Shown piece by piece: positions 45,280-53,895 of a stretch of DNA of 64,000 nt. The position numbers and the translations under genes were made by a program. The stretch comes from an uncultured Methanosarcinales archaeon. GTDB lineage: Archaea > Nanobdellota > Nanobdellia > Woesearchaeales > CAIVOO01. The stretch is from positions 800 through 64,799 of the forward strand of contig CAZAIK010000003.1 of the NCBI GenBank assembly GCA_964485195.1. Direction: 5' to 3'. How positions within the stretch are numbered: the stretch's first letter is position 1; every line of letters starts with the position of its first letter. The notes beneath the pieces are model-generated. The model searched no databases and was not told the origin of the DNA. It saw only the letters and a program-made list of their open reading frames with translations.

Positions 45280-45518
45280 AGATAGTTTGGGATAAAAAAG
45301 CAAGGGACGAATTAAAAAAGTTAGAGTTTATCATAGCGCAGAGGATTATAAAGCAAATAAAAAAATTTTCCGAAGATGCTGTTTCTTCAGATGTTAAGCA
45401 GTTAAAAAGTTCTAAATTTTTCCGTCAGCGAATTGGTGATTATATGGTTATTTTTGGAATAAAGAAAAAAAAGGTAAATATCGTGAAAATAGGACACAGA
45501 AAGAATATTTATGAATAG
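45276..45518 (+). CDS. relE: RelE/ParE-family toxin
   Basis: FRQRIGDYMVIFGI...VNIVKIGHRKNIY matches the RelE C-terminal signature. Confidence 0.8.
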   Translation: MKIVWDKKARDELKKLEFIIAQRIIKQIKKFSEDAVSSDVKQLKSSKFFRQRIGDYMVIFGIKKKKVNIVKIGHRKNIYE

Positions 45519-45697
45519 AAATATTTCTTGGCGGTATGTGCTCGCGGGGGATTTCATCATGTATGATAGAAATCAGTTGAGAACTCAATCCTTGAAAAAA
45601 CCTAAACAAAACTGATTCTTTTGTATTTTTATGATAATTTTTCAAAATGTTTATAAAACCATTTTGCTTTGTTTTCCTTAAAAGAGGTGATAAAAAC

Positions 45698-45880
45698 ATG
45701 ATGAAGGAAGGCCATTACAAGATGTGGATGGGCATCTGCTGGATTGTTATTGGTGTCCTGGTCTGGCTGAACGCTGTTTACGACTGGTGGAGCTGGGCAA
45801 AATTCATCGCCGTGCTTGCGATTCTGGGAGGCATAAAGCTCCTTGTCAAAAGCGGATACAGCAAGAAGAAAAAGAAGTGA
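45698..45880 (+). CDS. small two-TM membrane protein
   Basis: A strong SD, GAGGTGAT, lies 6 nt upstream of the ATG. 60 aa with a KKKKK tail. Confidence 0.45.
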   Translation: MMKEGHYKMWMGICWIVIGVLVWLNAVYDWWSWAKFIAVLAILGGIKLLVKSGYSKKKKK

Positions 45881-45887
45881 TTGAGCA

Positions 45888-45902
45888 AAAACCTTTATAA
45901 AT
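45888..45902 (+). promoter_or_regulatory. BRE/TATA promoter AAAACCTTTATAAAT
   Basis: Exact 15-mer, 22 nt before the Sec61beta ATG (leaderless-type spacing). Confidence 0.5.
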
Positions 45903-45923
45903 AAGTCTCTTCTCTGATAGTCT

Positions 45924-46097
45924 ATGGCAAAGGACAAGATAAGGATGCCTTCCTCTATGGGAGGGCTGGTAAGCTATAATGAGGAGTATCACAGCAAGCT
46001 TATTTTCAAGCCTGCTTACGTGATAGTATTCTGCATAATAATAATGATAATTGCTATAACCCTCCACATTTACGGCAATGCCTGGCTAGGTCTTTAA
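45924..46097 (+). CDS. secG: preprotein translocase subunit Sec61beta (SecG), 57 aa, below the ORF-track cutoff
   Basis: MAKDKIRMPSSMGGLVSYNEEYHSKLIFKPAYVIVF... matches the archaeal Sec61beta pattern of SxAGLxxYxxE followed by a single C-terminal TM. Confidence 0.7.
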   Translation: MAKDKIRMPSSMGGLVSYNEEYHSKLIFKPAYVIVFCIIIMIIAITLHIYGNAWLGL

Positions 46098-46099
46098 GA

Positions 46100-46441
46100 A
46101 TGATTCCTGGAATGAATCCCCGGAAAATGCAGCAGGCCATGAAAAGAATGGGCATTCAGCAGACTGAAATAGAGGCAAAAGAGGTCATAATCAGAACTGA
46201 GGACAAGGAGCTGATCTTCAGGGAGCCTCAGGTCGCAAAGGTCAACATGATGGGGCAGGAAACATACCAGGTCGTGGGAGAGCCTGAAGAGAGGGAGTTG
46301 TCAGCAGAGCCGGAGATTTCTGAAGAGGATATCAAGACAGTTATGGAGCAGGCAGGTGTTGACAGGGAAACAGCCGCAAAAGGGCTGGGAGAGCACAAGG
46401 GAGATTTGGCAGAAGCTATTATGGCTTTGAAGAAAGAGTAA
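46100..46441 (+). CDS. nac: nascent polypeptide-associated complex protein (NAC plus UBA)
   Basis: NPRKMQQAMKRMGI, the NAC barrel EVIIRTEDKELIF, and the UBA region ETAAKGLGEHKGDLAEAIMAL. Confidence 0.9.
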   Translation: MIPGMNPRKMQQAMKRMGIQQTEIEAKEVIIRTEDKELIFREPQVAKVNMMGQETYQVVGEPEERELSAEPEISEEDIKTVMEQAGVDRETAAKGLGEHKGDLAEAIMALKKE

Positions 46442-46471
46442 ATTTATAAACCAATATTTCTTTATATCAGT

Positions 46472-46975
46472 ATGGAAAAATTCCAGATTGCCAGAAAAGA
46501 AGCCCTGCAACGCATTAAGGCAGCAGACCATATGCTGACCCAGACATATCCCCTGGTCAGGGACGCCCGGCTTCTAATATCGGTTCTTTCAAACATAAGG
46601 CTGGGTGTAGAGCACACCATGGCCACCCTCCTTCACTATGACAGGACCTTTAGCAAAATCCCTCCCTTTCACGACAATTTCAGCTCCAAACTCAACCATT
46701 TCCAGAATAACTCATCCAGAATCCATAAAATGGATAAATACCTGTCTTTTATCAGGCGAGTAAACGACCTTTATGAAAGGCACAAGAACAGTCCCCTAGA
46801 GTTCACCAAGAACAATTCATTTATAATTTGCGATGACCATTATAATTTAAGGCCAGTAACCGTAAAGGATTTAAAGGAATTCATAGATGAGGCTAAACAG
46901 TTTTTAATGGATGTGGAAAAACTGACCAAAGTTAACGAGGAAATATTCAACAAGAGGTATTTTGAGGATGCGTAG
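46472..46975 (+). CDS. alpha-helical hypothetical protein, paralog A, in the minD operon
   Basis: RIKAADHMLTQTYPLVRDARLLISVLSNIRLGVEH parallels the N-terminus of the next ORF. 14-nt overlap with that ORF. Confidence 0.5.
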   Translation: MEKFQIARKEALQRIKAADHMLTQTYPLVRDARLLISVLSNIRLGVEHTMATLLHYDRTFSKIPPFHDNFSSKLNHFQNNSSRIHKMDKYLSFIRRVNDLYERHKNSPLEFTKNNSFIICDDHYNLRPVTVKDLKEFIDEAKQFLMDVEKLTKVNEEIFNKRYFEDA

Positions 46976-47426
46976 CTGCATAGCAGATGCAAAAGAGGAA
47001 ATTAAGAGAGTGGATCACTTGATTTACGTCAGCCTGAAATACACAAGGACAATAGATGTCATTAAAAACATAATAAACCGTTTCATCAGCACGTATGACT
47101 GCTTAATGCTTGCCTTGTTGAAAAAACTGCAGGAAGAGGGAAAGATTGAGAAAATTCCGGAATCTCCTGTGCAAAAAGCCAACACCATAAAGGAGCATTA
47201 TGATGAGCCTTTAGTCAGGGAAAATATGGATCTTTACCTGCTTTACAGAAAGACCAGCAAGGCAGACTGCAAAAGCGCGCAGGAATACAGAAGGCACGTG
47301 ACTATGAAATGCACGTTGCCCGATGGGAAAGAACTGGAGATCAATATTGACAAGATTTATGAGTATTACAAGCAGGCCAAGGAATTCTTTGAATACGTGA
47401 ACAAATTAAGTGGTGCTGATGACTAA
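46962..47426 (+). CDS. alpha-helical hypothetical protein, paralog B, in the minD operon
   Basis: EIKRVDHLIYVSLKYTRTIDVIKNIINRF. It overlaps the minD start. Confidence 0.5.
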   Translation: MRMRSCIADAKEEIKRVDHLIYVSLKYTRTIDVIKNIINRFISTYDCLMLALLKKLQEEGKIEKIPESPVQKANTIKEHYDEPLVRENMDLYLLYRKTSKADCKSAQEYRRHVTMKCTLPDGKELEINIDKIYEYYKQAKEFFEYVNKLSGADD

Positions 47427-48183
47427 ATTTATTGCGATTATTTCAGGCAAAGGAGGGGTTGGCAAGACTACAACAGCCATAAACCTCGGTGCGGCTTTAA
47501 GCAGCTTTGGAAAAGAGGTATTGGTTTTGGACGGGAATCTTAGAACGCCCAATGTGGGGCTTTACCTGGGAGTTTCCAGATTTGATTTTACACTGCACGA
47601 CGCTCTCAAAGGCTCAGGTACCCTGAGGGACTCTGTTTACAGGCATTCCTGCGGCCTTAAATTCGTGCCGGGCAGCATTTCCCTGGAGGATGCGCAGGCA
47701 GTAGATGCGCGAAGTTTGCATCAGGCAACACTTGACTTATATGGAGTTGCTGATTTGGTACTGATGGACAGCCCTGCGGGCATAGGGGAGGATGTCAGCA
47801 ATGTAATCAAGGCAGCAGACGAAGTGATAATAATAACCAACCCCACAATGCCTGCTTTGACTGACGCTTTGAAGGCAGCAAACATAGCAAGGGAAAACAG
47901 CACTAAAATATATGGTGTTGTGCTGGCCAGAACCAAGGAAAATGACAGTGTTTCACCGGAAAACATCGCTTCTGTCTTGAATACCAGAATGCTTGAAAAT
48001 ATACCTGAAGATGAAGAACTGCAAAAGGCTTTCCTAATCAAACAGCCAGTCGTGTTTTCCTGCCCTGAAGCAGGCTCTTCAATAGCTTACAAAAAACTTG
48101 CTGCCAAAATACTGGGGCGGGAATTTTCCCCCAAAATAGAAAGAAAGAACTTTTTCTCCAGGCTTTTCCCGAAAAAACAATAA
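47419..48183 (+). CDS. minD: MinD/ParA-family P-loop ATPase
   Basis: Deviant Walker A is SGKGGVGKTT, followed by LVLDGNL and MDSPAG. Confidence 0.85.
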   Translation: MTKFIAIISGKGGVGKTTTAINLGAALSSFGKEVLVLDGNLRTPNVGLYLGVSRFDFTLHDALKGSGTLRDSVYRHSCGLKFVPGSISLEDAQAVDARSLHQATLDLYGVADLVLMDSPAGIGEDVSNVIKAADEVIIITNPTMPALTDALKAANIARENSTKIYGVVLARTKENDSVSPENIASVLNTRMLENIPEDEELQKAFLIKQPVVFSCPEAGSSIAYKKLAAKILGREFSPKIERKNFFSRLFPKKQ

Positions 48184-48216
48184 TCTTTTTATATTCTGAA
48201 ACAAATTTTATCCCTT

Positions 48217-48732
48217 ATGGTGAAAAAAGGTCTGCGCAAGAAGCTTGAGGAAAAGGGGTGGAGTGAAGAGGAAATTGAGCACGCACTCTCCATTATGAAG
48301 CCTTCTGAAGCCCGCTCGAAAAACGTGGCTGCAGCTGAAAAAACAAACCCTTTGCTTTACTGGCTAACCCTTATAATCGCGATAATAGGGAATTTCCTGA
48401 TAGCAATTGCAATAATACCCTTCCTTATAGTGTTGTCTGACCTGCAATTATATTTCATAATGGCAATAATTGCAGTTTCTTTCGGGGCAATGTTCAACTT
48501 TTTGATTAACACAATTGAGCATCTTGACCCACAGCATCACGTTGTTGCAGGGATTTTCATTCCTGCGCTTGCTGCAATTACCGTTTTCATAATGGTGAAC
48601 GTGGCGAACAGGCTGAGCGAATTCTTCCAGAGCCCCATAATCCACAACCCTGTGTGGGTAGCTGTTGTTTATGTCCTGTTCTTCTCATCACCTTACACCT
48701 CCACCAAAATTTATGAGAAGCTTAGAAAGTGA
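48217..48732 (+). CDS. polytopic membrane protein with N-terminal cytoplasmic helical module
   Basis: LRKKLEEKGWSEEEIEHALSIM is followed by about 4 TM segments. Confidence 0.5.
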   Translation: MVKKGLRKKLEEKGWSEEEIEHALSIMKPSEARSKNVAAAEKTNPLLYWLTLIIAIIGNFLIAIAIIPFLIVLSDLQLYFIMAIIAVSFGAMFNFLINTIEHLDPQHHVVAGIFIPALAAITVFIMVNVANRLSEFFQSPIIHNPVWVAVVYVLFFSSPYTSTKIYEKLRK

Positions 48733-49687
48733 AATCCTTCTTCATCAGCTGTCTTAAAAGCCTGATGTCATAATCGTAAAGATATTCAAGATTCTTTATC
48801 CTGTCCAGGGTAAATTGTGCTGCGTGGATAATTCTTCTCAAAACCAAGTAAACAGCAAGCATATGATACTTCTCCCATTCAATATCTTTTTTCCCGTGAT
48901 ATTGCCGGATAAATTCCTTGAATTTGTTATAATCAATCTTTCCATCCTTTTCTGACCAGTATTTTGCCGCTTTTGCCACGTCTGCTTCCACATATCCTAT
49001 ATGGCTGTAATCAAAGTCGCTTAAGGCAACAAGCTTCCCCCCTGAGAAGAAGAGATTGTCTTTATTGTAATCATAATGAAGCAGCGTTTTTTCAGTGAAC
49101 TTTGCTTTTTTAAGGTTTTTAATCACGTATCCGATTGATTCCCTTATCAGTTCAGAATCCCCTTTTATCTTCCTTGCAAATCCTGAATTATTGTTCCTTA
49201 ACTTCTTAATTACAGGCTCTCTCCTCAGCCTTTTATCATAAACAGTGAAGTTGGTTATATCTGAAACTGCAGTGTGGATTGGCTTGGTATGAAACTTATA
49301 TCTTGGTTTGTAATCTCTCATGGCTTTATGAAATTTCCTCAGCATCCCTGCAGCAGTTGAAAAGTGAATATCCTTTGTTTCTTCTATGTTAATATAAGGG
49401 TAGAGAAGGTACACTTTCCTGTAATAAACAGTTACATAATCTCCCTTTTCATTTTTAATGGGCAGAATGACAGGTATCTTTTTCTTTTTTAGGTGCACAG
49501 CAATGTCCACCTGCGCTCTGACATTCTCTTCGGTGACATAAGGAGAGGTAATTTTCTTAATCAAAAATTTCTTTTCAGCGGAATTCACTTTATATAATTC
49601 GTTTGATGATTTAATCCCCACTCTTTCTATTTTTCCTATTTTGCTTATTCCATATTTCTTTGCTATTTTTCTTATCATTTTAGCCAT
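48722..49687 (-). CDS. aminoglycoside/choline-kinase-like phosphotransferase (APH fold)
   Basis: Brenner-type LLHYDYNKDNLFF and the DFD motif ALSDFDYSHIG. Confidence 0.7.
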   Translation of the reverse strand: MAKMIRKIAKKYGISKIGKIERVGIKSSNELYKVNSAEKKFLIKKITSPYVTEENVRAQVDIAVHLKKKKIPVILPIKNEKGDYVTVYYRKVYLLYPYINIEETKDIHFSTAAGMLRKFHKAMRDYKPRYKFHTKPIHTAVSDITNFTVYDKRLRREPVIKKLRNNNSGFARKIKGDSELIRESIGYVIKNLKKAKFTEKTLLHYDYNKDNLFFSGGKLVALSDFDYSHIGYVEADVAKAAKYWSEKDGKIDYNKFKEFIRQYHGKKDIEWEKYHMLAVYLVLRRIIHAAQFTLDRIKNLEYLYDYDIRLLRQLMKKDFTF

Positions 49688-50324
49688 ATTTTCGGATTTC
49701 TTCCAGAGACTTTACCTTTGCATCATAATCTATTCCTCCATCGTAGGTCCCTTCCCTGTCAATCAAAATATTCACTATTTCATTTGGCTGAAAAACTTCA
49801 GCAAGGGCGTAGCCGAACTCCACATCCCTCTCATTATCGCCAATATTTATGATTCTTGCCGGCTTGACTTTTAATCTCTCTGCGAGTTTTTTTGCCATAG
49901 CAGGAGATGGCTTTGCCTTTGCGGCTTCGTATTCTGCAAGAACGTGATCTATTTCATTGTCAAGCCCCAAGACCTTAAGTTTTTCCTCTGCTGCCTGCTG
50001 TGACGAATTTGATATTACCGCCTTTTCTCCCTTAAGCTTTGGAAGGACATTAAGGGTGTCAGGATAAGCGCGCATCTTGTTGTTTTTTGCCGCTTCAGCA
50101 GGATCAAATGCATGATAGCAAACCCTAAAAAAATAATCGCTGTTTATTTTCCTTATGTTAAGCGCAGTTTCAAGGTTGCTCTCTTTTAATTCTTCCTCCA
50201 GCTCGGACCTGTCCTCGCCAGTGGCCCTGGCAAGCCCGAAAATCTGGCTTTCTAAAATTGCTTCTCTTGAGTCTATAAGTGTATGGTCAAGGTCAAAAAT
50301 CCATAACTTATGCATTTTCACCAC
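49680..50324 (-). CDS. HAD-superfamily hydrolase
   Basis: The DxDxT motif is IFDLDHTLIDS, with a late GDNERD motif. Confidence 0.8.
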   Translation of the reverse strand: MVKMHKLWIFDLDHTLIDSREAILESQIFGLARATGEDRSELEEELKESNLETALNIRKINSDYFFRVCYHAFDPAEAAKNNKMRAYPDTLNVLPKLKGEKAVISNSSQQAAEEKLKVLGLDNEIDHVLAEYEAAKAKPSPAMAKKLAERLKVKPARIINIGDNERDVEFGYALAEVFQPNEIVNILIDREGTYDGGIDYDAKVKSLEEIRKYG

Positions 50325-50374
50325 CTACTGATGAAAATAAAGATTTATTTAGTATTTAATATTATGCATCCCCT

Positions 50375-51088
50375 ATGGGGGCGGTTAATATTAACCTTAA
50401 GGAACTTGGGCTGTCAGAGTACGAAGAAAAGGCATACGAAGCTCTTGTTAAGCTGGGGAAGTCATCTGCAAGCAAAATCAGCAGGGAAGCAGGCGTTTCT
50501 TACGGCAAGATATATGAGGTTCTCGCTGCGCTGGAAAGAAACGGGCTTGTGATTGTGATACCTGAAAAAACAAAGATGTTTGCCCCTGCAGACCCTTCCA
50601 ACCTGATGAAACTCGTGGATGAAAAAGAGAAAAAACTAGAGCAATTGAGAGAAAAGGTAAAAGAGCTGAAGCAGGTATATGAAGTGCACGAGAAGGAAAT
50701 AGTCCAGATGGTAAAGGGGAAAAGGAACTTTTACAAGATTATAAGGGAAATGCCAAGAGCAGAAAAATTCTCTTATTCAATAAAATTCACGTCGGAGTAT
50801 AACCCTGAATTCGTGAGGGAAGTGAAAGAGGAAATAAAGAGAGGTGTTGATGTTAAAACATTGGCAAGATACGACGAAGAAACAAAAACAAATATCAAGA
50901 AATGGCTTGATGTTAATCCAAATATCAGAAAGATGGGGAATAAGGGAGTGGCTTTTTCCATCATAGAGTCAGAGGCAGTGATTGCTCTGATAAACAACAA
51001 CATAATATTGTCAATCAAGGACAAGGCATTCATAGACGTGATGAAGCAACTGTTTGAGGCATATTATGCCCTGGCAGAAACCATATAA
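50375..51088 (+). CDS. TrmB-family transcriptional regulator
   Basis: LSEYEEKAYEALVKLGKSSASKISREAGVSYGKIYEVLAALERNGLV. Confidence 0.8.
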   Translation: MGAVNINLKELGLSEYEEKAYEALVKLGKSSASKISREAGVSYGKIYEVLAALERNGLVIVIPEKTKMFAPADPSNLMKLVDEKEKKLEQLREKVKELKQVYEVHEKEIVQMVKGKRNFYKIIREMPRAEKFSYSIKFTSEYNPEFVREVKEEIKRGVDVKTLARYDEETKTNIKKWLDVNPNIRKMGNKGVAFSIIESEAVIALINNNIILSIKDKAFIDVMKQLFEAYYALAETI

Positions 51089-51102
51089 TAACCTTTATAA
51101 AT
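51089..51102 (+). promoter_or_regulatory. BRE/TATA promoter TAACCTTTATAAAT
   Basis: Consensus element, but 129 nt upstream of the S13 ATG. Confidence 0.45.
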
Positions 51103-51230
51103 AACCTTTTTCTAAGACAAAATAAGCTTAATCAGCCCGAGTTCAGGATTTAGAGCGCTTATAGGGCCTTAGAACCGAAAATAAGTTCTCTAATATCTTG
51201 CTATCCAATTTAAGGGGCATTTTGATAAAA

Positions 51231-51713
51231 ATGGCAGAGAAACAAGATGATTTCAGGCACATTGTAAGGATTGCCGGAGTTGATTTGAACGGCAACAGGA
51301 AGGTAATCAGTGAACTGCTCAAGATTAAGGGAGTGAGCTTTTCATTTGCCAAAATTCTGTGCGAGATTTCAGGCACTGACGGAAACCAGATTGCAGGCCA
51401 CCTAAAGGATGAGAATGTGGCCAAGATGGAGGAAATACTTTCAGAGCCTGAAAAATTCAAGGTTCCTCCCTGGATTCTTAACAGGAGGGCTGACCCTGAA
51501 AAAGGAACAAACTTTCACCTAACCGGTTCTGAGCTGATATTCACAAACCAGACAGATGTCAGGAATATGCAGAAAATCAAGTCCTATAAGGGGTTAAGGC
51601 ACCATTTCAAGCTGCCCTTGAGGGGCCAGAGGACAAAATCAAATTTCAGGAGAAACAAAGGAAAAGTCCAGAGCGTAAAGCGTAAAGTAGTCAAACAGCA
51701 GAAAAGGAAGTGA
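51231..51713 (+). CDS. rps13: 30S ribosomal protein S13 (uS13)
   Basis: FRHIVRIAGVDLNGNRKV...GLRHHFKLPLRGQRTKSN. Confidence 0.92.
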   Translation: MAEKQDDFRHIVRIAGVDLNGNRKVISELLKIKGVSFSFAKILCEISGTDGNQIAGHLKDENVAKMEEILSEPEKFKVPPWILNRRADPEKGTNFHLTGSELIFTNQTDVRNMQKIKSYKGLRHHFKLPLRGQRTKSNFRRNKGKVQSVKRKVVKQQKRK

Positions 51714-51715
51714 AG

Positions 51716-52453
51716 ATGGGAGATCCAAGAAAAACAAGGAAGAAGTACCAATCACCCGGCCACCCGTGGCAGCAGGCAAGGCTGGAAGAGGAAAGGCCTT
51801 TGGTAAAGGATTACGGGTTGCACAATAAAAATGAGCTTTGGAAGATGCATTCCCTTGCAAGGACAATGGCAACCCAGGCCAAGTCTATTATTGCAAGGAG
51901 AGAAGACCCGCAATCCCAAAAACAGGCCCAATTGCTGCTTAACAGGCTGATAAGATATAACCTTGTAAAAGAAGGAGAGCCCATTGAAACAGCACTGGCA
52001 ATCAGCTCCAGGGACATACTGGAAAGAAGACTTCAAACCCAGCTGATAAGGAAGAACCTTGCAAGAACAATGAAGCAGTCAAGGCAGCTGATATCTCACA
52101 AGCACATAAAGATAGGGGACAGGGTGGTGACCAGCCCGTCTTACCTTGTTTCAGCACAGGAGGAAAATCAGATTGATTATGCTGACAACTCTGCCTTTTC
52201 CAGTGAAAATCATCCTGAAAGGCCTGAAGTACAAATGCAAAAAGAGCTGAAAGAGGAAAAGGATAAAGTTATGCCTGCCAAGAAAGCCAAAGAGGGTGAA
52301 GAGGAAGAAAAAGAGAAAGCATCCGCAACTGAAAAGGTGGAAGAGCCAAAAAAAGAAGGGGCTCAAAAGGAAACTGAAAAAACAACAGAATCTGAAGAGA
52401 AAGAAGAAAAAACTCCGGAAGAAAAAGCAAAAGAAAATGAAAAAGCCCAGTAA
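51716..52453 (+). CDS. rps4: 30S ribosomal protein S4 (uS4) with a roughly 65-aa Glu/Lys-rich C-terminal tail
   Basis: [18 protein letters not shown], with the S4 domain [33 protein letters not shown]. Confidence 0.9.
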   Translation: MGDPRKTRKKYQSPGHPWQQARLEEERPLVKDYGLHNKNELWKMHSLARTMATQAKSIIARREDPQSQKQAQLLLNRLIRYNLVKEGEPIETALAISSRDILERRLQTQLIRKNLARTMKQSRQLISHKHIKIGDRVVTSPSYLVSAQEENQIDYADNSAFSSENHPERPEVQMQKELKEEKDKVMPAKKAKEGEEEEKEKASATEKVEEPKKEGAQKETEKTTESEEKEEKTPEEKAKENEKAQ

Positions 52454-52844
52454 AGACAAAATAAGATGGGGAATAGCGAACATTTATGCATCTTATAATG
52501 ATACTATTATCCATATCACGGACTTAACCGGCACTGAAAGCGTGGCCAGGGCTTCCGGCGGGCAGGTTGTAAAATCGCATCGCCTGGAAGGAAGCCAGAC
52601 TGCGGCGATGATTGCTGCAAAAAAGGCTGCTGAAACATCCCTGGAAAGGGGAATTAACGGAATTCACGTAAGGGTCAGGGGGCCAGGAGGGCATCAGGGT
52701 CCCGCAGCTCCAGGACCTGGAGCTCAGGCAGCTGTGCGCGCGCTGTCAAGAAGAGGGATGAGGATTGGCATAATAGAGGACGTTACTCCCATACCTCACG
52801 ACGGATGCAAGAAAAAAGGAGGCAGGAGAGGTAGGAGACCATGA
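52437..52844 (+). CDS. rps11: 30S ribosomal protein S11 (uS11)
   Basis: [19 protein letters not shown]...[22 protein letters not shown]. Start trimmed to ATG 52437. Confidence 0.92.
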   Translation: MKKPSKDKIRWGIANIYASYNDTIIHITDLTGTESVARASGGQVVKSHRLEGSQTAAMIAAKKAAETSLERGINGIHVRVRGPGGHQGPAAPGPGAQAAVRALSRRGMRIGIIEDVTPIPHDGCKKKGGRRGRRP

Positions 52845-53623
52845 AAATAGAAATGCTTGACAAAAAAAAGGACAGAATTTCTTTTATTTTAAGGGATGCT
52901 TCTCCGCATTTTGCAAACACGCTCAGGAGAACCATAATAAATGAAGTGCCCACCATGGCTGTAGAATTCGTAGAATTCACAAAGAACACTTCAGCATTTT
53001 ACGATGAAATGATAGCGCACAGGCTGGGGCTTATCCCTCTCAAGACAGACCTGAAAAGCTACGAGCTTCCGGAGCAATGCTCCTGCAAGGGAGAAGGATG
53101 CGCAAAATGCCAGGCAATAGGCATACTGAAAATCAAGGACATAAAAGGTCCTACAACAATAACAGCCTCTGAAATCAAGTTCAAGGACCCTGCCATCAAG
53201 CCGGCGTTCCCGGACATGCCCATACTGCTCTTGCTTAAGGGACAGGAACTGGAATGCGAATTGACAGCTGTGCTGGGGAAAGGAAAAGAGCATTCCAAAT
53301 GGATTCCTGCTCACGTTCATTATAGGTATATGCCCGACATAGAAATAGGGAAAGTGGAAAATCCGCAGGACGTGGCAGATTCCTGCCCGGTGAATGTTTA
53401 CGAAGTAAAATCCAACAAATTGAATGTTAAAAACCTCAACGCCTGCCACCTTTGCGGAGCATGCGTGGATGTTTCAGAAGGGAATATCAAGCTAAATGAA
53501 AAAGACACTGACTTTATGTTTTTCATAGAGTCTTTCGGACAGCTCGACCCCAACAAGATAGTGGAAAAAGCTGTGGAAATAATTGGAAACCAGCTGTCAG
53601 AGGTTGATGCTCAGCTAAAATAA
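52841..53623 (+). CDS. rpoD: DNA-directed RNA polymerase subunit D (Rpo3) with ferredoxin-like Cys cluster
   Basis: [34 protein letters not shown] and [10 protein letters not shown]. Confidence 0.9.
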   Translation: MKIEMLDKKKDRISFILRDASPHFANTLRRTIINEVPTMAVEFVEFTKNTSAFYDEMIAHRLGLIPLKTDLKSYELPEQCSCKGEGCAKCQAIGILKIKDIKGPTTITASEIKFKDPAIKPAFPDMPILLLLKGQELECELTAVLGKGKEHSKWIPAHVHYRYMPDIEIGKVENPQDVADSCPVNVYEVKSNKLNVKNLNACHLCGACVDVSEGNIKLNEKDTDFMFFIESFGQLDPNKIVEKAVEIIGNQLSEVDAQLK

Positions 53624-53624
53624 T

Positions 53625-53738
53625 GCAGGGGTGGCAGAGCCTGGTCAAATGCAGAAACAAAGTTTTTGCAGATTAAATGCGCAAGGTTGAGGGCCTTGTC
53701 CCTTAGTGGGTGCGAGGGTTCGAATCCCTTCCCCTGCA
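53625..53738 (+). tRNA. tRNA-Leu (GAG) with a 28-nt non-canonical intron in the D-arm region
   Basis: Acceptor GCAGGGG/CCCCTGC, anticodon stem CAAGG/CCTTG with loop TTGAGGG, a long variable arm, and T-arm GAGGGTTCGAATCCCTT. A 28-nt insert is flanked by duplicated AAATGC at 53647-53652 and 53675-53680. Confidence 0.8.
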
Positions 53739-53745
53739 TTGGAAT

Positions 53746-53826
53746 CGGCAACCTTCAGGTTATGAAGGAGTTGCCGTAAGCAGGCTTTACGCCTGCTGTT
53801 GAGTTGATAAGAGCCAAGCTCTTATC
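53746..53826 (+). other. three consecutive stable hairpins between the tRNA-Leu 3'-end copies
   Basis: Hairpin 53746-53776 has 12 bp with a 2-nt bulge, 53779-53797 has 7 bp, and 53806-53826 has 9 bp. Confidence 0.6.
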
Positions 53827-53845
53827 CGATGTGGGGCGTGGGTAA

Positions 53846-53864
53846 AATCCCTTCCCCTGCATTG
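53846..53864 (+). repeat. 19-bp perfect direct repeat of the tRNA-Leu 3' end (copy 1 at 53723-53741)
   Basis: AATCCCTTCCCCTGCATTG occurs twice. Copy 2 is preceded by a degenerate T-arm, GCGTGGGTAAAATCC versus GCGAGGGTTCGAATCC. Confidence 0.85.
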
Positions 53865-53895
53865 AGATATGAAACATTAAATAGGATTCAAGAAG

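Noticed and set aside
45560-45615. Possible C/D box sRNA (ATGATAG … CTGA) downstream of relE
   Set aside because: The C box is imperfect, there are no C'/D' boxes at the expected 12-nt spacing, and there is no terminal stem.
52296-52436. 47-aa Lys/Arg-rich N-terminal extension of ribosomal protein S11 in the ORF track
   Set aside because: It is an out-of-frame reading of the Glu/Lys-rich tail of S4. The conserved S11 sequence begins at Met 52437.
53742-53845. Hairpin cassette as an H/ACA or C/D guide RNA or a second tRNA
   Set aside because: There is no pseudouridylation pocket or ACA box, no C/D boxes, and no 5' acceptor strand to pair with the duplicated 3' end.
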